Origin: Thalia democratica
Taxonomy: Eukaryota
Length of the DNA: 64,000 nucleotides
Assembly (NCBI GenBank): GCA_965202585.1
Contig: OZ241828.1
Span: 41,044,001 to 41,108,000 of the forward strand
Direction: 5' to 3'
Below the pieces are notes generated by a model. That model made no database searches and was not told the origin of the DNA. It saw only the letters and a program-made list of their open reading frames with translations. Within the stretch, counting starts at the first letter, position 1, and each line of letters starts with the position of its first letter. This document shows positions 54,901 to 64,000 of this stretch, in pieces. The translations under genes were made by a program, and so were the position numbers.

Positions 54901-57900
54901 AAAATATTTTTTTCAAAGAAAAGAAAACGATTTGTTGATTATAGTGTTATAATGAAAGTTATCTCATCATGTTATAAGTAATATAGAATAATAAGTTTTA
55001 TAATAACTAATTTGTATCATCGTACACTGTACTGTTATTAAAAAGTATATATTTTCACAAGCTAAAGTTTTAAATTTTATAAATAACTATTTTTTATTTG
55101 TTTTTATAGTTTTATTAAAACGATAAGTAATAAATTTAAGTTTTGTTCATTTCTATTGTTATTCTTGATTTTTTTAGTTTTTCTTTTTTTTTACTTGTAT
55201 AGTACATATGATTACATATTTTTTAATATCAACATTTAGATCAAAAATAAAACACCAAAGATTTTTTAACTAAAAAATCATACTAACAGTTTTCCATGTT
55301 TTTTGAAGCTTCTATTAGAACTTATTATGTTTTAGTTTTTATTTATACATTATTTCACTAAAGTTTGGTTTCTTTTTAATAATGAATAAAAAAAGCTTAT
55401 GCTGGTGCATCAAAGACAACAAAACAATTTGAAAAAACTTGCTGCTAAAACTTATTTAATAATTAATATTAAAATTTGAACAAATTTTATTTATTAAGAT
55501 AATTATTAAAGGTAATTTCTTGCAGAAACTTTTCAAAGTTTGTATCTTCCTTATATTTTTACTGTTGAAAAGTTTTGTTCTAAAAATAAAGTTTATCTAT
55601 AAAAGCAAGTTTATTTTAAAGATATAAATGTTTATAGAGGTTGTTAGCCATATTGTACATTTAAATTTTTAAATAGAACATATGCACGTGTAAGCTTGTA
55701 TATGTATATATAAAACGGTGTAATCGTGCTCAAAAAACAATGTTTTACGTAAGTTTTATTAGTACTATACATATAATATACTTTATACAAACTAGTTTAT
55801 ACAAAGTTAATTTTATACTAGTTTCAAAAATAATTATAATTCATTTTAATAACTACTTCAAAACTAGTAAACTTTCTTGTTAACCTATAAACATTATAAT
55901 GTAAATAGAAACAAAGGCATATGTATATAAATTTTCCCCATATGGAGATATGATAAATACGTTCTTTTGGTAAAAGTTACTTAAATAACATTGTTTTGCT
56001 TAAATAACAGCTCATCAGATTGAAAAAAAGTTTCACAAATAACTAAACAAGCTTTTTTATGTTTCATGATTTGTTCTTTTAGCGAAACGGTGTTACTAAA
56101 ATAAAGTTCAACAAAATATTGCTGTTAATATATAAAAATTAGCATTAATAATAGTATGTTATACAAAATGAATTTTTAACTCAAAAATAATGTTTATAAA
56201 CTATGTGTAATAATATCCTATAATAGACTATTTGTTTTGTAATTGTTATTGATCTACATAAAGTATAACATTAATAACGTCTTACAACTTTTTTATTTAA
56301 AGATGATGCACATATTATACCTCAAAATATTACATTTAATATCAATAATTAAACTAACTTGATAACAACCAAAACAATAATACGAAGCAATGGTTATAAT
56401 GTTGAGAAAATTTATGTTTTGTACAAATACAAGTTAACAGTTTTAGCATAACATTCTGTTAGTGATTTATCTTACAGTTATGTATTTTAGTTATGACTAA
56501 AAATCGTTTTGTTTAATATTCATTAATGTTAAAAAAGTAGTTTAAAACTAAAAGTTTTATAATTAGTATTTTGTTTTAAACAGCATTTTAATTTGTATTT
56601 TAATTTAAACAGCATGCTTTTAATAATATACAGTTTTAAATAAAAAACATATAATGCTAAGCCTTTAGAACTTTTAAAATATCTAAGTGACGCTAGGAAA
56701 ATTCATAACTAAAATATTTTAATTTTTACTTTTTTAATGTATTAGTATAGAAGATTCAAATGAACATTACATTGAAAACGATAACAATTTTTTTTAAGTA
56801 ATTTAATAATATTTATCAACAAAATACTATTATAAATGTATGTAGCTCAATGAACTTAATTTTACACAGTTTTTAATAAACTGTATTTGTTTTAGCTGTT
56901 TTTAAGCCTATCAAATCGCTGGAATGTTATTGGAAATTTTCACAAATGTTGCTGCCTGAGAAATTGGAATATGTAAAAGAGTAAGCTTTAAGTTTTGTTT
57001 CAAACATTAATTTTTAAAAATATTTTATTATTAAAAATGACATTCAATTAAATTAGGTACTTTATAAAAATCGTATTAGTAATTGCATTTATTACTAATC
57101 AGAATTTATCTTTTAGTTAAGCTACTTCATATGCTATTCTACAAGTTATGTCATATCTTTTTTTTTTAATAATTGGAAAATTTAGCTCAACAAACTTTTT
57201 TTTTCTCAATTGTTATGTTCTAGTAAGAAATTGAAAATAAATAATTAATGCACTTTTAAAATCTTAGTTTATTGCTTAAAAAAATATTGGAACAGGTCAA
57301 AATTGCACGAGGTTACTTAATTGCAAGATGGGAATAAATTGCACGAGAACAAGTTTGCACGAGAGCACAAAATTGCACGAAGATACTTTTGCACGAAGAC
57401 AAATTTTCACGAGGGAACAAAATTACACGAAGACAATTACACGAAGACTCCAATGGTCAGTTTTGCACGAGTTACACTTTTGCACAAGAGTAAAAAAAAA
57501 AACAAAAAAACAGAAAATAAAAATAAACAGAAAAAAAACTAAAAGATAAATTAATAACAAAAAAAAAAAATTACTGACCGAGAATTAGGGATAACAGTGA
57601 TAGTAAAATAAAAACTAATAAAAATTATTATCAAAAAAAAAACATTAATTAAAAAAAAAAGCTACCGTCCGAGGGTAAGGGTTAGGGGTAACAGTGAAAG
57701 TTAAAAACTAAAAAAAAGTATTAGTAAAAAAATCAACCCGTGCAAAAATTTATCCATCAAAAATTGTCTGCTCGTGCAAAAGTGTCTTCGTGCAAAAGTA
57801 TCTTCTTGCAATTTCATCCCCTCGTGGAAAAGTGTCTTTGTCCCCTCGTGCAATTTTGTACGCTGGTGCAAGTTTAACAGCTACCCAAAAAATATAGTTA

Positions 57901-60900
57901 TACTAACTAAAAAAATTCGTGCTAATTTCACATTATTCCAAGTGATGTTTTACACAAAAAGTCGAAGTTCTACACGTAAAATTAAGTAGTCTAAAATTAC
58001 TTTTTTTTTTTTTTCGTTTCTACAAAGTTTATTAAAGTATTATTAAAGTTTATATTGACACCCAATCAATTTCTATTTTAGACTTTTATTTTATTATTTT
58101 TAAAAGATGAAGTACAATAATGTTTTAAATCAGGTTTTGTAATTCGGTTAATGGCTTGTAGTTTTAAATTGTTTTTAGTCAAAGACAATTTTTAAACCAC
58201 TAGACCTCAATTAAGAATTAAACTATTACTAAAATTATAAATAATATTTTAATACAAATCGTAAGTTATCGTTTAAAAAAAAATATGTAAAAAGTTTTTA
58301 TTATAATTTTTTTGGTCTGCTAAAATAGCTAAATATATCTAACATAATATATAAAGATTGAAAGATATTAAAAAGTCATTCAAAGAAACAAAAATGTTTT
58401 TTTTTGTAGAACTTCCTTTATTTATTTATAGTTAATTATTTTTTGTAAAACTATTTACACATACTTAAATGTTGTTTTCAAATGATAAACATGTTTAAAA
58501 GAAGTTCTGTATATATAAAAAATTATTGATGAAGTCGATGAACTTTTTTATTAAGTATAATTAGATTTTTTTTAAATTATGAAATCCAGAAAAGTAGAAA
58601 ATAAAATTCGAATTTTAATTTATATAAATGCTGTTTAGGAAATTAAAGTTGACTTGTTTTATATGAGAAATCCTTAAAGTAACTTTAATAAAAACTTTTT
58701 AGCAGTTAAAAATGTTATTATAAGTAAAAGATGTTTTATAAAAATTTTGTTTGTAATATCAAAAAAGTAGACAGGTGATGGTAAAAACTTATCAGTTTTA
58801 TTTTACTTTTTATTTCCATAATTGTTTATCTATATACAGTTTGTAAGAGTCGAAAAATAGTTTCAAAGTACTTGCTTATCATTAGTTTTTAAAAGTTCTC
58901 TAAAAATTAATTTTAGTTTGAAGTTTAATATTACTAGCATAAGCTGGTTCTGAAAGCGTGAGACTGTTGCTTTATAAATCTAGTTTAACACTGTGTTTGA
59001 TGCTTTTTAAATAAAATATGAACAAACAAAAATTTTTAACCTTTTACGTTTTATTGTTCAAAAATCAAAAGCAAATACAAAACCAATGTATCTTAACTTG
59101 TATAGTATTTGAGTTTAAAAATGTTAATTACCAAATATTTAAGCTGGGAGACAGACGAAGGACAAGGGTGGCAACTTCTTAATGGAACTTTACCACTTGC
59201 GTTTGAATCTTGCCATGAAATTCCTCCATACTTTAATGTAACAAACAACGATGTTAAACATTTACTTAGAACAGGAAAAACTTTAGAAGAAGAAATGAAA
59301 GTAAATAATTAAAACATATAATAATTATATGCTATTCGAAAATAAATTACTTTTTCAGGAAGAAAAACTTAAGTTTAAAAATAAATGTTAAAAATACTAA
59401 CTTTACTCGTTGACGGTAACTTAAGTTTTTATATATTAAGATGTTTTGAGCAGTTTTTATTGATAATAATTTCCAGTAAAGCCAATATAAACTTTACTAA
59501 CTACTAGCAAACAAATTTTCTAAATAAAATCAAAAGATAAATCATAAAAATTTATCATTTGAAAAAAATAATGTGAAAACAGTTTATAAGAAAAATTTCT
59601 TAAATATTATTCTGTATAAGTTTGTGACATATTCATTATCAGAAAAAACTAAAATAACTATCTTTGACATTGAAACAACTTAATTTTAAATAGTATTAAG
59701 ACTCGATAAAGAATTCGAAGTACTTTAACTTTTTTTTTAGTTCAATAGTAAATGTCAGAATTTTTTATTTGTTTATACCCGATTTTGATTAACATACTTT
59801 TTTAGACCGGAAGAGTATTCATATCCGATTTGAGCAAGATTTACTTTGATAATAAAGATCTTGTTTACACAACTTTACCGTCAAAAAACGAGGCCAGGTG
59901 CTGCCCTGCAATGGCTCTTTTATATATCAACAAAAATGACGACTTTGTGCCTATTGCTATCCAATTAGAACGAAGTAATAGACAGTATTTGCATATTGCC
60001 GGTCATGATGATTGTCAATCACAAGTTGATTGGATGTTGGCTAAAATGCACTATAGATGCAGCTTGTCAAGCTATCATGAGGTACTTACATAATTTAATA
60101 AAATCTATTTTTCGTGTTCTGTTTGTAAACTACTACAAGATAATGTTATAATCCGTTCAACTAGTCTTTTTTTTAAGTTCTTATATTTTACTTTAGCCTT
60201 TTAATCTTTAGATGAAAATATGCAACTTATTTAAAAAATAATTTGTAAATGTAGATTTGCTTCTCAAATAACAATGTTCAAGAATATATATATAAGTTTG
60301 GTATAAGTAAAATATTAAATATACCTTCAATAACAGGTTTACTTTAGATAGATATTTAATTTAACTGCCTAATGAATAAAAAAATATTAGTATTATAAAA
60401 ATAAATTTTGGCAGCAGATCCGACTTTGTTAGAGTTTATTAACTTTAATTCATAAGATTTATGCTTAAAATGTAAGCAGCTAGATGTTAGGTGCATTGTA
60501 GGGTGGGAAATGTGTGGAAAAAGTTAGTTCTTTGCAGGCCGGAGCACTTCATTAAATTCACAAAAATTTACTCGATTGTTCAATTAATTTTGACAAAGTA
60601 CTTATTCTATATAACTTTTTTCACCATAACTAATGTAAGCTTCAAGTTCAGTAAATTGTACCTAAGACTTTATTTTGCTCTTCATTTCAATCTCAGAATA
60701 TCTAGTGTAAGGTACAAACATTTGTTTAGCGGGCCATTTACATGCTCGAGGTCTGCAGTTTTTCTTTTCGCAACCGGTTAAGTTTCTTTAAAGCTAAGAT
60801 TCCACTTCAGGTTTTTTAAGCATTGGCGGGCCGATCATACTTCGTGGGTCGTACGGCCCCTAGTATTAAACTTAGAATAACTTTGTCTGTTTTGTCATGG

Positions 60901-63900
60901 ATTTTGTAATGTAATTTCTGTAGTCTTTAACTTATCGTTTATCATTTTTATTTTACTTGATTTACATATTACGGACTATATTTTTATATTCTGTAAGTTT
61001 TTAAAAAGTAAAAATTGAATGTTTCTGTTTATTTCAAATGGCTACATATAGTAAGTTTATAATAATATTGTTGTACTTAAATAAAGTTTTTTTTTTAAAA
61101 CAGTGGGTTTATCACTTTCTGCATTGCCATTTTATAATGGAACCTATTGCGTTGGCTCTTTTTAGATGCTTTTCAAAAGTTCATCCAGTATATAAACTTT
61201 TAAGACCCCACCTCAAAACAGTCAATGCTATAAATGAAGTGGGTAGAAAAGTTTTGCTACCTAAAAACTCTAGACTTTCAAAGGGTTTAGCAGTAGGTTA
61301 GTAGTTTAAAATAAGTAAAATTGTACATAATTAAAAGAAAAGAAGTGCGTATTTAATGTAGCTAATACCAATAGTAATAAAAATTTTGAAAAGCCGTGAA
61401 TTTAATTGTAATTGTTTTTTCTTTTTATAAATATTTCTTCGCACATTACAGGCTAAATAATAAAAATTATTAGCTTTAGAGTCACCATTATAAAGTTTTA
61501 AACGCTATCGCTCTGTCAATTTTTTATATAGAAATTAACTTTTAGCAACTACGATTTATAAAAACAACATAAATAATATTCCTAAACTTAAAAATTGAGT
61601 TTCATAGTTTTAATTTTTCGGCTAACATGAATAGTTATAACTTTATTAATTTCTAAAATAAAAGTTTTTAAGTAACTTGTTATAAAATCGTTATAATAAG
61701 TTTTTTACCCAACTAATGTATTTACATTCATTTTTGGAAAGCTTTTAAATTACTTTTGTTAATTTCATTACTTTTAGTTTTTATAATTTAGCTCTAACCA
61801 CAAAATAAATGTAATTTAAAACGCTTATTGTTATAAAATTTTAAGCTAAGTCGTAAAAAACGTAATGCCATTATTACAAGTCTACATTTAGATACTTTTT
61901 AGCTCAAGTGTTCTAAAAGACACTTTATACTAGAATTTGTCGTAAAACACTAAACATATATTTTATAGACCCGTTCTCATTTGTTAAAAGTGGCTACAAA
62001 GATTTTATGTGGAAAGACCTTTGTATACCCGAAGTAATAAAAAATAAACGTAAGTTTCTAAACTTCTTTTAACTTTCTACAACCTATTTTAAAAGCAATA
62101 TACCTATTTTAATTTTATAACTTAATTAACAATATTAGGTGAATATATTTATAAGTTATTTAAAAGGGCTAATGATTTTTTTAGGCTTATCTGAAAAAAA
62201 TATACCAAACTATTGGTATGCTAATGATGCGTTGAAAATATGGAGTTTAATGGAAAGCTTTGTAAAAGAGTTGCTAAGCTGCTATTACATGAATGATCAA
62301 GTAAGTGTTTGCATACAATAAAATAGAAATTCAATTTATAAGTTCTCTGAAACGTTATTTGTGTGAAGTTTTTTTTTCTTCTAAAGACAAATAAGTTTAC
62401 AAAACTTTAGTTATGGAAACTTTATAAACAATTAATCTTAAAGTATGTAAAAAACAAAAGTTATACAAGTTATTGAATTACTTTTGACTTAAGTAATAAA
62501 TACTATGTATGGTTAAAACCGTTTAAGAAACTGTCTTAATTCTATAGAAAAACTTTTCTAATATTTTTTTTTATTAAAATAAACATTATCCATCATGCCT
62601 GTTCATGTTTTAGAAACCTTATTGAATAAGAACAATTTATAATGTTTATTTAAATGTACCGTACATAGTGTCTGTAGATAAATTAAAATAAACATACAGT
62701 CAATTTTTTTTCTTTGAAAAAAGATTTTTTCTTGTTATTGAAGTTGTTTAAATTAGATTAAAGTTTTTTAAAGCTTTTTGGTCTAATATAAGAATAAAAA
62801 CAGTTGTAAAACATTTTGTATAGAATCTTGATTTTTAAGTAACATTGTAAATAATACTATACACATATATATATTCAAAGAATTTAGTCATTGGCTATCA
62901 TTAGATAACAAAAACAAGTTTTCTTGCATATTCTTTAAAAATATTAAACATTAATTATAATTTAAGTCGCCATTTAATTCACTTTTAGTTTAATAAAATT
63001 TACTTTAAATAATTAATAAACTATTATCTATTGCTTTTCTTACTAAAAATTGACAATCGACATTTATTACGAGTAAAGGCATATTTAAATAGTTATATTT
63101 ATTAAGAAAATACCTTTATATTTTGTTATTTAAGTTTATAAGTAATAATATATAATATATATTCAATGAAGTACTTAAGTACTTAAGATTTATCATCAAA
63201 ACTTAAAGTCGAGTTAGTATAAACGTTTAATCACACTACATGGCATACGCAAGTCTAGGCTTAGGTTCTGTGGACTTTCGCCAATATTTTCTATACAGTT
63301 TAAAATTAACAAAACTACATGGTTCAGTACCATAAATATGTTTCTTAATTACATGAAACTAAAGCACTGTGTTGAAATTTTTTGCAACATGTTATTTTAC
63401 AGGATGTAATAGATGATACTGAACTTCAAGATTGGATACATGAAATAGTAACAGAAGGCATCGCATGGGAAGACGAAAACAATAGGGGCTTTCCAACTAG
63501 CTTTTGTACTATCAAGTCTCTGGTTAGTTTCTTACTAAACACTTATGTTATTGTAAAACATATATATTTGTAAATCTTTATGCCACGTTTTATCAAAGGT
63601 CGATTTCAGCACTACAGTTATGTTTACGTGTTCTGTTCAGCACACGGCTGTGAACTTTGGGCAGTTTGAAAATTACCATTTCGTTCCCAACTCACCTGCT
63701 CTTATGAACCTACCGAGCCACAAAAAAGGAGAGGTAATATAAGCTTATTAAAATAATACGAATTTTTAAAAACTTTGATTACAGACTGTTTTGCGTACTC
63801 TTAAATCTATGTTTGATAATGAAATGCATAATACATAAATAAAAGAAGAAATTTCAACCTAAAATACTACCAAATAATTTTTTAAAGAGAAACAACACGT

Positions 63901-64000
63901 TTTGAAATTTTAGGGCTCGATGGAAAGAATTTTACACAGTTTACCTAACCCTAGTCAGTCGGTATTGGCTATTGCGATGACGTATGGTTTGTCACAGCTA
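51940..64000 (+). CDS. Lipoxygenase (PLAT + catalytic domain), paralog of LOX-A, runs off the window end (LOX-B)
   Basis: Exons 51940-51978, 52693-52885, 53719-53850, 54489-54734, 56896-56980, 59144-59300, 59806-60081, 61104-61296, 61969-62049, 62185-62300, 63403-63522, 63599-63733, 63914->64000. Same intron positions and phases as LOX-A. Motifs YKITVKTSDAYRDAGT, HEWVYHFLHCH, QHTAVNFGQ. Confidence 0.92.
57288..57886. mobile_element. MULE-like MITE
   Basis: Same ttgcacga subrepeat arms and central motif (twice). 9-bp TSD aaaaaatat (57279-57287, 57887-57895). Lies in an intron of the plus-strand lipoxygenase. Confidence 0.75.
60500..60862. mobile_element. Probable degenerate hAT-type MITE in a LOX-B intron
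   Basis: GC-richer island with gcgggcc subterminal motifs typical of hAT MITEs. TIR and TSD not resolved. Confidence 0.35.

Overview
Very AT-rich eukaryotic (animal) genomic DNA. The composition and transposon content are consistent with Hydra or another hydrozoan, but the sequence alone cannot prove this. Host genes: (i) the last exon of one cytosolic HSP70 (766-815, ends EEVD); (ii) a second, intron-rich HSP70 (25107-31839, 8 in-frame exons, ends EEMD) whose N-terminal exons are not in the window; (iii) a complete 14-exon PLAT+lipoxygenase gene on the minus strand (47783-32701, 686 aa); (iv) its head-to-head paralog on the plus strand (51940 to beyond the window end). Positions 1.5-25 kb are a tandemly duplicated, transposon-rich block: Ty3/Gypsy gag-protease split by a hAT element, a Buster/Charlie hAT, a pogo-type element, Penelope-like remnants, and two copies of an intronless, very basic orphan ORF. 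Most notable observations: the two lipoxygenases differ at the R/S stereo-determinant (Ala vs Gly) and show exon-confined sequence homogenisation; two central HSP70 exons are anomalously GC-rich; a hairpin cluster shows a compensatory change between duplicates; there are palindromic micro-insertions with long target-site duplications and hammerhead-like cores. All exon boundaries, counts and alignments were done by eye.
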